NCBI RefSeq assembly: GCF_037042905.1
Contig: NC_087245.1
Span: 11,844,001 to 11,908,000, forward strand
Reading direction: 5' to 3'
Source of the DNA: Lytechinus pictus
Lineage: Eukaryota
DNA: 64,000 bases
The stretch's first letter is position 1. Each line of letters starts with the position of its first letter. A model generated the notes under the pieces. It was not told the origin of the DNA, ran no database searches, and was given only the letters and a program-made list of their open reading frames with translations. Positions 13,901 to 25,500 of the stretch are shown piece by piece. The position numbers and the translations under genes are program-made.

Positions 13901-15585
13901 CATATTTTTTTCTTAAATTTGGGATTCGTGAGGTGTCATTTTTGTTTTTTTACTCACACGGGTATATACGATTTACTCCTCCTCTTCTCCTTCTTCTCAT
14001 CCTCTTCTTCTCCTCCTCCTCCTTCTTCTTCCTCCTCCTTCTTCTTCCTCTTCTTCTTTGCTTCTCCTTCTCCACCTCCTCCAAAGCCCATTCTTCAAGT
14101 TTATCAAAATCTGCCAATAGATGATGTCTGACCATTGAAATACAGATTTTAAAGGGCGGGCTCAGCTTTGATGTTCAGCTAAAATTTCCTTAACCCCGTA
14201 CTATAGGTGGGGCTAAATTGCCATTTAGCCCCACCTATAGTACGGGGTTAAGCCTTAGCCCACTTTCGTTTTACACTAGCGATCTTAACCCCGTACTATC
14301 GCTCTTAGCACCGCAATTGCTGGGATAACCCTGCTTTTTTGCAGGGCCAAATAATCCCGTACTAAAGGTGGGGTTAGCCCACTTTGCAAAAATGCTGTGT
14401 AAAAAGAAAGTGGGCTAAGCTTAACCCCGTACTATAGGTGGGGCTAAATGGCAATTTAGCCCCACCTATAGTACGGGGTTAAGGAAATTTTAGCGTGTGT
14501 AAAAAGGGTATTAATAAAAACTCATCAAATATCATTCAGTCTTTGCTTATTATACCGATTTTATTCATTGACCATGCTTTCAATTGTCATACCATTCTGG
14601 CGACACTTCAGTGGTTCAAAATATACACAAAATGTGAAGATTTACCACAATGCGACATGACTATAATTTCTCAGTTTCCCCAATATCTACTTTTTTTTTA
14701 AACGGAAAAAAAATAACATCACCACTGTTGAGCATCTAGCTATGTTCTTGATAAATCTGAAAATAGTAGTAACTATAAAAATGCATCATTGCACACCAAG
14801 TACTGACTATCAAGAAAACACCAACCATACAGAGAAAATTTACAGCTAGATTGGCATTCAAGCATTTTGTATTTGAAAGGAATGAGGCCGGATCGAAGGA
14901 AAGAAAGAAGAAATAATTGTAGGAAGGACGGAAGGTGGGTAACATATGAAAGGGTTGTAGGGAGGGAAACTAGGTGGAATCTAAGAGAGAAAATATTGGA
15001 ATTCAGGAAGGAGGGAAGAAAAGAAAAAAGGGAATGAAGGAAGAAGGGATAAATGAAGGAAGAAGGGATAAATGAAAGAAATAAGGAAAGAAAGGGAAAA
15101 TGAAGGAAAAGAATAAAAGCGAATTTAGATGTAATGCTTTATTAAGAGAAGGTGGGAATTTTAAATCAACTTCATGTGGAAAAATAATATCAACTTCATA
15201 GCATTTAAATTAAATATTCAAGGGCATAAAAATGTTGATTTTGCTACATAAAATAAATGGTTAACTATAATATTTACAAAGTATCATTTAAAGAACGTGC
15301 AACAAAGTAAAACATGTAGATAAGACAAGACATATTGGATGAAAGCTGGTTTTAATCAGGTATGTCAGTATCATTGGTAACAGCTTGTATGTTTGTAGCC
15401 ACCAGGTTTGGTATTCCATCTTGTCTTGCCTTACATTTAAAGACTGCATCACATACCGTGCAAGTCCAAAAAATAAACCTTGACTATCTCACAAATTCCA
15501 AATTTAAGGAAAAAAGATGTCTTGAACCATTGGCGGCGGAGCAGAGGATTATCTTTTGTGTTTGGGGGGACGCAACAATAGATAT
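10902..15585. repeat. Tandem segmental duplication, period 2345 bp, near-identical copies
   Basis: Identical ORF-track entries offset by 2345 (11507/13852, 12150/14495, 13017/15362). Confidence 0.95.
11833..12166. mobile_element. MITE with nested hairpins (second copy at 14178-14511 via the duplication)
   Basis: Each arm contains CTTAACCCCGTACTATAGGTGGGGCTAAAT-loop-ATTTAGCCCCACCTATAGTACGGGGTTAAG; the arms are inverted relative to each other. Confidence 0.75.
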
Positions 15586-15638
15586 CTATTGTTGCGTCCC
15601 CCAAACACAAAAGATAATCCTCTGCACCGCCACCAATG
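15528..15638. mobile_element. 111-bp spacer-less palindromic MITE
   Basis: CATTGGCGGCGGAGCAGAGG... / ...CCTCTGCACCGCCACCAATG, centre GATATC; flanks TCTTGAAC / TCTTGAAT (8-bp TSD, 1 mismatch). Confidence 0.85.
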
Positions 15639-17031
15639 TCTTGAATGCATAATCATTATATATGGCTAGAAAGAGTATCTTCTCCTAAATGATTTGATAC
15701 CATGTTTATGGGGTATGTATTCATGCTTGGATAATCAGTAGGTATTCTTTTCAGTGATGTAAATTTTTATTTGCGCCAAAGTAAGGCATGACTGCAATGA
15801 ATGAATTGAGATGTCAATGATGTCATAATAATGATGTGTTCATGGCGTATTTTTTCCCTTAAATTGGGGATTTGTCAAGTGTAAAGTTCTTTTTTACTCA
15901 CATGGTAGAGGATAGAATTAACCATTTCCACTATAGTGATGAAATTAAACAGTAGTAATTCTAAACTTTGCCCACTATATGAAGTGATGTCCAAGCATGA
16001 AAAAATATTCATTTTCTAATGTTTGAATACAAAACTTAGGAACAAAGCAAAATATATTATGTTCTCTCTTTATTTCTCTCTCACCCCCCCCCCCCCTCTC
16101 TCTCTCCCTCTCTTTCTCTGCATCAATCGCTTGAATATATTTTTAGAAAAATACATGGTTTAGCTTAAGAAGTTTTGAAATACCCAATACATGACATCAT
16201 CTCTCTAAAGCTGAAGTCACATAAGATGTAAACACATTTCTAAAAGTTTTTAAAAGAGCAAAACAGGGGATCATACAATCTCGCGTTGATTCAGAAGTTT
16301 GATCAACCCAATTGAACACTCTATCTATACATGCAGGATCGCTACCATACTCCATATCCTTGGTTTTCCAGACATTTTTCAAACACAGCATGGATTTTGT
16401 GATGAGGGCAAGCACATTCGTGCATCTGAAGTGTACCTTGTATGGAGGGACCATTTAAATGTTTAACATATGGATGCCAATTATATTTGATTATAGAGAA
16501 ACAAAAACCATCTAGCCTTTTGTAAAAACGACAAGAAAAGAAAGAACGGTGTTTCCTATGGTTGAAAAAGTTGGACATCCTAATCTTTTTTTACATTATG
16601 AGGTACACACTCCATTGGTGTTGAGTGTTTTTGGAAACACTTAATGGAAGGTACATGTATTTGTAATGAATCCTACACTCCCTATCATCACAAACAAAGT
16701 AATAAGAAAGTGTAAAGGAATGTTGGCATTATGGAGGAAATACATACGGTCGACATCACGTGACAGGGGGAGTCAACATTACAACAGTCAGATGCATATT
16801 GCTTAAACTTGAATTTGAATGCAACTCCTCAGTTCAAAGTACAAGTCCATTAACATTAAAAAATCAAATCACATACAGTAAAACTTGTAAACCCGAATGC
16901 ATACAAAATATATCATATGAAAACATCAAAATTGTAATAAGAGCATGTGATCTAGCTGCTCAAGAATATAAATATTAAGTAAAAACTTGGATTTCCAGAC
17001 TAACCTACCTATACCCAACAAGATACATCAG

Positions 17032-17217
17032 GGGGCCGTTTCATAAAGCTGTTCGTAAGTTAAGAGTGACTTTAACAATGACTGGTGATCCTTTCTTGTG
17101 GTAAATGATATTCACCATTAAATGTTCATTGGCGATTATTTAGCACGTAGGAAAGGTTCACCAGTCGTTCTTATTAATGTCGCTCTTAACTTACGAACAG
17201 CTTTATGAAACACCCAC
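17032..17217. mobile_element. Harbinger-like palindromic MITE (CWG target), copy 1
   Basis: TIR ...GTTTCATAAAGCTGTTCGTAAGTTAAGAG; CAG on both flanks; second copy in the opposite orientation at 49068-49238. Confidence 0.82.
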
Positions 17218-17654
17218 CAGGACCCCATAACACAGAACTCAATAAATTGATCATAAAATTGAATTGTGTGGTTCATTGAATGCAAATAATGATCAATGCA
17301 ATTCAATTAAAAGTTTAAATTCAGCTTTATGATAAACTGCTACGCTTTGTGTTACAGAGGCTGTAACTCTTATTAGATCTAAAATCTAGACCAACTGGTA
17401 TTATACAATAAGACAGACTGAACATAGGCAAGTCTACTTTAGGAGACGTACATTGCCAACCATTGGCATCTTCTCTGTTGCAATCAATAACTAAATTCTA
17501 AATAATGACTTGTTCAGATATGGTGCCACTAACTTAGCCACATCGTTTTCATAGTATTCAGCTATGGTGAAACAAATAGCCCCATTTAGGTAAATAAACT
17601 GACATTACAGTACACTTTGATCTTGAATAAAATGATTATACCTGCACATACAAA

Positions 17655-19759
17655 CAGTGTGGGCTCCACACTAACCCTTTTTTTCTACTGGTCCAACCTA
17701 TTCATGTCGGACCAGTAGATACCCAGTTTTTCAATTTTTTACTGGTCCGAACCTAAAATCTACTGGTCCCCAAAATAAAGAAAACATTTAAAAAAGGCAT
17801 GAGTTTATTTTGCTGTCCTTTCTTGTTACCCCCCCCCCAAAAAAAAAAAAAATGAAGGAATGAAAGACAAAAAGAAAGCAAGACAAAAAGAAACAAAGGA
17901 AGAAATAATAAAAGAAAGGAAGGAAGAACAAATAAAAGGTAAAGAAAGGATAGATGTGAAGGAAGGAAAAAAGAAAGAAAGAACAAAAGAAAAAAAGGAA
18001 AGAAAGAAAAAACAAAAGACAGAAAGTAATGAAAAAAGGAAAGAAGCAATAAAATAAGAAAGAAAGGGTATAAGGAAAGATGGAAAGAAGGAAAAAAGAT
18101 AGAAAGAAAGAAAGAAAGAAAAAGGGTAAAGAAAGGATAAATGTGAAGGAAGGAAAAAAAGAAAGAACTGAAGAGGGAAAGGAAGGAAGGAAAGAAAGAA
18201 CAAAAATAAGAAAGAAAGAACAAAAGAAAAAGAAGAAATAAAGGAATGAAGGAAAGAAAGAAAGAAGGAAAGAAATGAAGCAAGCATCATAGAAAGAAAG
18301 AACAAAAGACAGAAAGAAGGAAAGAAGCAATAAAAAAAGAAAGAAAGGGTAAAAGGAGAGATGGAAAGAAGGAAAAAAGAAAGAAAGTATTGAAAGAAGG
18401 AAGAAATAAAGAAAGGTAAAATGATAGATAGAAGGAAAGAAGGAAGGAAGCAAGCAAGCAATAGAAAAAAGAAAGAAAATGTAAAATAGATGAAAGTAAG
18501 AAAAAAAAGAAAGACCGAAAGACAAAGAAAGGAAGGAATGAGGGAAAAAAAGAACGAAAGAAGAAAGGAAAGGAAGCAAGCAGTAAAAAAAAAAAAAAAA
18601 AGGTAAAAGGATAGATGGAATGAAGGGAAAAAAGAAAGAACAGAAAGGAAGGAATGAATGAAAGAAAGAGAGAAAGGGCTGAAAGAAGGAAGAAATAAAA
18701 AACAAGAAATGGTAAAGAAAGGATGGATGGAATGAAGAAAGAAACAAAGAATGAAGGAAAGAAAGGGTAAAAAGAAGGAAAGGAAGAAAGAAAGAAGAGA
18801 TAAATATAGGATGGATGGACTCAAGAATAAAAGAAAGAAAGAAATCAAAAAAGAAAGAGAAAAAGAAATAGAGAAAAATGTTAAAAGGACAGAAAGAATG
18901 AAAGAACGAAAGACAAAGAATAATTAAAAAAGAAAGACAGTAACAAAAAAAATTAAAGAAGAGAGGGAAGAAACAAAGAAAGATTGAAAAGAAAGAAGGA
19001 AAGAAAGATAGAAAGAAAACAGAGGAAGAAAGCTAAAACTATCATAAATAAATTATCAGTTTCTTTTTGGCTCAATTAAGATATAGCTACGAAAGAAACC
19101 AAGTGTATCAACACACACACAAATGCATATGTGGGGCTATCATGTATTCAGACGATATCACTCGAAACCCGATCTCTTTGAACTAAAACAGAAGTGAAAA
19201 TTTCTCCTTTTACTGCTTACAAATGACAGTTACCCCAATGTTTTGGAAATATGGACATTATAAGAGCTTTTCATTAGTGTGAAATGTGAATTTTGACCGT
19301 TCTGTGAGAGATTTCTGCCAGAGGTTTGCCAAGCTTCGTTCGTGCAGCCAGTAGAAAATTCACCATGTGGGCTGTGTGGCTGGCTAGCCATATGTACACT
19401 GTATGTTACCCTAGTAAAAATTGCATGCGATTCATTCTGTGTGTATTCTGTGTGTGAATGACCAAATTTAACGGGAGGAAAATGGTTTGCAATTTGAGTC
19501 ATGGAATATTTTTTATGTTTATGTTGGACTAGTGAATTTGACCATTTCTGGAAAAGTTACTGGCCCAACAATGGTTTTTATTACTGTTTATGTCGGACCC
19601 ATAAATCTTGCTATTTTTGGAAAAATTACCGGCCCGACAATGATATTTTCTTACTGGTCTTGTCGGACCAGTAAATCTTGCTATTTCTGAAAATCTACCG
19701 GCCCGACAGTGATTTTTACCGGTCTGAGACCGTCGGACCGGCGCTAGTGTCGAGCCCTG
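17655..19759. mobile_element. hAT-like non-autonomous element with an internal 1.2-kb purine tract
   Basis: GGGCTCCACACTAAC at left and GCTAGTGTCGAGCCCTG at right; subterminal ACTGGTCC/GGACCAGT repeats; left tip degenerate. Confidence 0.6.
17850..19030. repeat. (GAAA/GGAA)n purine-rich low-complexity tract
   Basis: Almost only A/G on the + strand; source of the spurious F/L/S-rich ORFs. Confidence 0.95.
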
Positions 19760-22399
19760 CCTGACATAATGACTTCATTATGACGTTATGACTCCCATCA
19801 TGATGAATGGAATGATATTCAATAGGTGTATTGGTAAGGCTTTTTCCGAACTTGTGTCTTGAAGATCAGTGAGCCTGGCCATTTAGGATTGAAATTTTGC
19901 TTTCTATAAGGAGTAGCTGACAATAAACTAAAACCCTATTGAAATTTACCCTAGGTACTTCTGAATAAGCTTTGCTTTTAGACTTCCAGTCTATTCACAC
20001 TTTGATGCCCTTATTCTTGTATGGAAGAGTATCACTTTGTATCATTACATACAAAGCTGTTCAAGCTATTAGAATTGAAAGGAATGAATAATTGATTTTC
20101 TTCAATAATCAGCAAGTAATGAACATAATGTATGCTTTTGTGCATTCTCAGTTAATCGATTGCAGGAATTTGGACTGGAATACAAATAAAAGATTTCTGT
20201 CTACATAAATTACATTGTCTCCTACTGCAGTAGAGGTCACCCTAGTTTATCAAAACATATTTGAAAGCAGTTAAAAAAAAAAATTTCTTGAAAGATCTTA
20301 TTGTAAAAAGTTTTGTTAGGCTTTGTAATGAAGACAATTTGTGTATACAGGGGGCAAGCGTAACTATTTGTATGTGTGCGCAGGGTATTGCTTGTGCATT
20401 GTAAATCAAACGAGACTTTGAAGTTGGCAGCCTGCTGTATGTTCTGTGAGTCATAGACATGGCCGGCAAATAAATTATGATTAACCAATTTCTTCCACTT
20501 GAATAATTGTTAAACATTAAACAAAAGAATACTATAATTATGTAAATACAAATGGGCACATAAGTACAGTTATTTACTCTTTTAGATGTGTTTTGGATGA
20601 CATGTAAGGATTTCAATCAAGAGACACTGGACCAAATAAAAAAAAATTGTCACATTGTCCCCTTAAAGTTAATAAATCAAACATATGTCCAGTTCTTTTA
20701 TTCTGATTAAAAATATTGAATTTTCCTAAACAATGTCATACCAAAATTACATTGACCAACTAATGGTTTTTAATTAACACTCCACTGGTTGAGTCTTATC
20801 AGAGTTTGCTACAATGGGTAATTTCAAGTTTGGATTTTGGTATCGGTGTTAAGATATGAATTACTGGTAGCTGTCACACCTAAAACACCTGTTTAGCTTT
20901 GGGTGGCTAAACACTTTCTGATGTCATTCCTATTGCCAGCTTCATACACCAGCTGTCAACACCAAACTTGAAATCAACCATTGCCTCCGTCTACGGATGA
21001 TTTGTTAGTCTTGTATAAACAAATTACACTTATTACACATCCACAATAATATACAAATACAAAGAAATAAGACTATCCTCACTTTCTTGAATAAAAGAGA
21101 ATTAAATGAGATAAATAATAAAAAGTCTTGGTAGCTCAGTGTAAATATATAATAACTCTCTTCATGTACAACATTTTTAGAAATAGCTGATATATTTAGG
21201 AAGTAGCAAAGAAGAAAGCTAATGGCTACTTAGCATTTGTTTCAGAGGATATGGCCCAGTCACAATAAGACCATCTGTCACTATCTAACAATTTTCATCA
21301 GTGTTTAGATGGCATCATATCCAAAATTTCTTGCCCAAAGTGATATAAAAGACCTTCCTCTAAACATCCAGATACATCTTCAATCTAGCAGCTTATTCAA
21401 TTAAGAGAGTCAAATAAATAATATATTTATATATTCATTTCTCACAACCTTGTTAGACGGTAGGATGTGAAATAATATTTTCACAGAAAATTTGCATTCT
21501 AGAAGCTATATTTAGTGAATTAGACCCCAAAAAAATTATGCATGAAATAGCATAATTAATTTGTACCTTGTAGATTTGTACCTTGTAGATTAAATTGACC
21601 TCCACCATCATGCAAATTTTTGCGACACTCAGCTGCAATCAGCAGCCAAACGATGAAGGGGAGTTGAATCATCTCCCCCCCCCCCCCCAGCTAGCTAGCT
21701 AACACCCAAACAAGCCTGGACTGGTAGGGGTTAAGTTAACATCAATTTTCAAAATCAGCATATGTCCACTTTTCAATGTGATGAGAAATTATGGCATTCT
21801 TGGATTTTTAGCTTTGCATTGATAGAATTATTCATTTTTAACTTTTTATACATGGTTTGCCATTGATTTGCAGCTACACCAATAAATTGATTTCATTTTT
21901 TATGCTACAGGCCTCAAGATATAAAAATGTATTAATAAAATAACTGCAAAAGGTTACAAATATTTAACAACTTATCACTTTGTCATTAACTTCATGTAGC
22001 TGGTTTGACCAATAAAGCCACATCCTTTCTTACTCTCTAATTTGTGGCCTAAATCATGTTACTTGAGGTACAACAGCGAATGGCACTTGGACAAGTTCTT
22101 TCAGGCTGTGTTCCATGCTGTTCCAATTGTGTTCCACTGGTCGGGATACTAATTCCCCAATCATACAACCAAAGAAGAAGCCTTTCAGATGGGTGTACGT
22201 TGATCAGAACTAGAAGTGGAATCCGTTTGTTGCCAACGTCTCCAGGGGACTTTCCCGATCATATCACTAGAAATGAAGATGTCTTTCGGATGGGGGTACG
22301 TTGATCAGAACTGGAATTCACCTGTTGCTTTTGTCTTCAGGAAACTTTCCCAATCATATCAATAGAAATGAAGATGTCTTACAGAGGGGTGTATGTTTC

Positions 22400-22530
22400 T
22401 CAGAACTGGAAGTGGAATCCACCTGGGAATCCCCCGCCCATTCCTCCACCACCACCACCACCAGATCCAAAGGAGAAGCCTCCAGGAGCTCCAAAGAATG
22501 TCTGGAAGATCTGGTTAGGATCAAAGCCAG
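22400..22530 (-). CDS. DNAJC7: DNAJC7 last coding exon ([43 protein letters not shown])
   Basis: TTTCTTTGAACCAG acceptor, G/F-rich tail, TGA at 22402-22400. Confidence 0.94.
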
Positions 22531-25500
22531 CTGGTTCAAAGAAATAAGGAAGCAGAAATAGAAAGTGAATGGTGTTAGGGCAAACAGTTTAACCTCTGCT
22601 TAAAGATGAAAAGGAGTTTCACATAGCACTGAGCTGTTTATCATGTTGAAATCCTTGCACTTATTAAAAAGGTGATTTCAGACGTTAACGATATAAAGAT
22701 TGGTCATATATTGCTCACATAATATATATATATGTAGTTTTTATAAAAAGGGACATAAGTAGACCTGGAAGGGGGGGGGGGGGTAACTATCCGTGGCAGC
22801 AAAACGAATATAAAGGTTCTACCACAACCATTACTAAATTGTCAGAAAAATGCTTAACATCATTCCGAAGTTTCAAGCCCCAGTAAAACAGTCCTTTCAA
22901 CATATATTTCTGCCACCATCCCTACGAGTACTGCTATAACTACCATTACCACCAATACCATTACTATTATCATAATAGCTGCTGCTGCCATGGCCACAGC
23001 TATCACCATAACCACCTCTATCACTACTACTACTACCACTACCACCACCACTTTTACTACATAGTAAATTGTTACCTCCTGAGAATCCATCCATGTCTTC
23101 TAAATCTTGTCCACTATCATATCTCATCTTCTTCTTCGGGTCAGATAGAATGCTGTATGCCTCGCTAACCTCCTTGAACTTCAGTTCCTCTTGCTTGCGT
23201 TCTTCTGGGGTCTTGTTTGAATGTCGATCTATTGTAACAAGTACAAGAAACAAACACATGGTGTCATGGAAGAGAAACTAAACCTATCAAAATAATCTTG
23301 AATTTCAAAATCTAGTTATTTTCACCTTTGGTATTTTTTTTTTATGTTGATGACACATTCTTACATTCTTATAGTAAAACTATATAAATATTATGATCTG
23401 AAGTTCTGGTCACATAGTTGGTGATAGTTAATAAACATTTTTTTTTAATTCAGGAAATAGATGCTTGTGGTAAAACAAAAATGAAGACAGATACCAAGGA
23501 ATGACCACAAAAGATTTCTGACAGTAAATGAGCTCCATTCATATCTTATGACGGCACATAGCAACATACAGACAGATCACAATGCAACTTGTGCAAGTCA
23601 AAGTGACTTGGGTGACTGATTCTTGAGCAATACATCACTCTCAACACATCTTGGGTGCATCAGAGTTACTGAAGATTGACTTACACTGTGATATGGCATC
23701 AAGGTGACTCAAGGATTTTAAGGTAGTAAACAGCTCCAAAAGTGTTTTGAGTAAGTCAGAATGACTCGTGGTGATTCAGTGATGACTGACAATGTGATAT
23801 GGCCTCAAAGGTGAGTCAAGTATGATTCTTGGGTGACTCTCGGGTTGAGTCAAGGGTGATTCTCAAGTGACTCTCAGGAGTCATGGGAGATTATTTACAA
23901 AAGTGAGTTTTTAACATTTCAGGGGTACTTATCCCTTTACCATTGATGTTTCCTGCACTTTGTACATTCCTTTGTTTCTTAATTTTTATCTATTTTATTT
24001 ATTAATATCCATGTCTGTCGTGATACAGCATTAAATATCTTATGTTGGAATCCAATTAAATCTGAAGATAAATTTGTTAAATACTAACCTGGGTGATGAA
24101 GAAGGGCGTGTTTCTTGTATGCTTTCTTGATTTCATCTTCTCCACAGTTCTTCTGTAATCCTAGAGTCTTGTAGTAGTCTTTCCTCTTGCTCTTTTTTAA
24201 TTCCAATTTAGCATCCTGAAGTAACCGTTTGTTCTCTACAATGAAAGAATGACAAGTTGAGAAAAAAAAGGAAGGAGATATTGAGGAACTTTTGAAATAG
24301 AATGCAATGTTGCAAAACATGAGCCGCCATAGGAAATATTTTTTTTTGGTGGTTGTTTATTTCATTGTTTATTTTTTATCATCATTGTTTTATTATAGAA
24401 CTATGTTATCGTAGCTGGTAGAAAAGATTCCAGGACATTTGCTTTGGTAATGATTGCTCAAATGGAAGTCTGCATTTAAAGGGGAATCCAACCCAAATAA
24501 AAACTTTTTATAAAGAAAAGAAAAATCAGACAAGTTGACAGGTAAAAGTTTGAACAATATTGGACAAACAACAAGAAAGTTATGAATTTTTAAAAGTTGT
24601 AAATATTGGTAATCACTATACCAATGGAGACTTCAATTTGGCCGCATATGGGATGTCATAGTAATGTAAGGCAAGGACTACTCTTCCATGTACTCCAATA
24701 CATATTATGGCTAAAATGTCATTTTTCCCAAAAGTTTTATTTCAAATTATATTTTTCTTTCATGAGGACATAAAACAATATACTACCAGGTTTATATTTA
24801 GATTACAGCCCCAGGGGAATGGGTACTTGGGAAACCACAAATCCCTGATAATAAAGTACATGGCCTATGGGGAAAGTTGTCCTTGCCCCTTGTCATAATT
24901 TACTTACCCAGTTGCCAATTTGAAATCTACATAGTATTAGTGATCTCAATTTCAAAGCAGCTATAACTTTCTTATTGCTTGACTGATTTCTTTCAAACTT
25001 TCACTATTCTGTTTAATTTATTTTTCTCCTTCCCAACACAACATTTTATGGCCAAGGCTGGATTCCCCTTTAAAGATAAAACTTAAACTGACCTTTAAAT
25101 CCTCATCCCTTTCCTCACATCATTCTGGACACAAAACCCTAACCCTGCAACTGTGTCTTATGAGAAATTATGACTGATTGGTAGGATTAATCCTGCAATT
25201 GGTGCACTAGTTAGTATTGTGCCACTGATAGAATTAAATCTCTGGGGAATGAATGATTTTTTTTCTTTTCAAGAATATCACCTCAGATCACCCTACGTGT
25301 TTCCTACATGAACAGATAGTTACTCAAAAAATTATTTACAGTTATCTATGAATATATACTATAAGCAGAGAAATCTCAAGTGTTTAATCTACAACCATCA
25401 GTTTTCCATATTTTCCATTCAACATGTGAGATATCATTCTTATTGGATGAACAGAACACTGTTCATCCATTAAGGATGATATCTCACATGACACAACCTC

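Noticed and set aside
17753..18848. Long F/L/S-rich ORFs (176-340 aa) resembling membrane proteins
   Set aside because: They are translations of a (CTTT/CCTT)n low-complexity tract, open in all three frames.
22376..22402. Stop-codon readthrough into the duplicated FQF cassettes
   Set aside because: The frame after TGA closes quickly (GAA ACA TAC ACC CCT CTG TAA).
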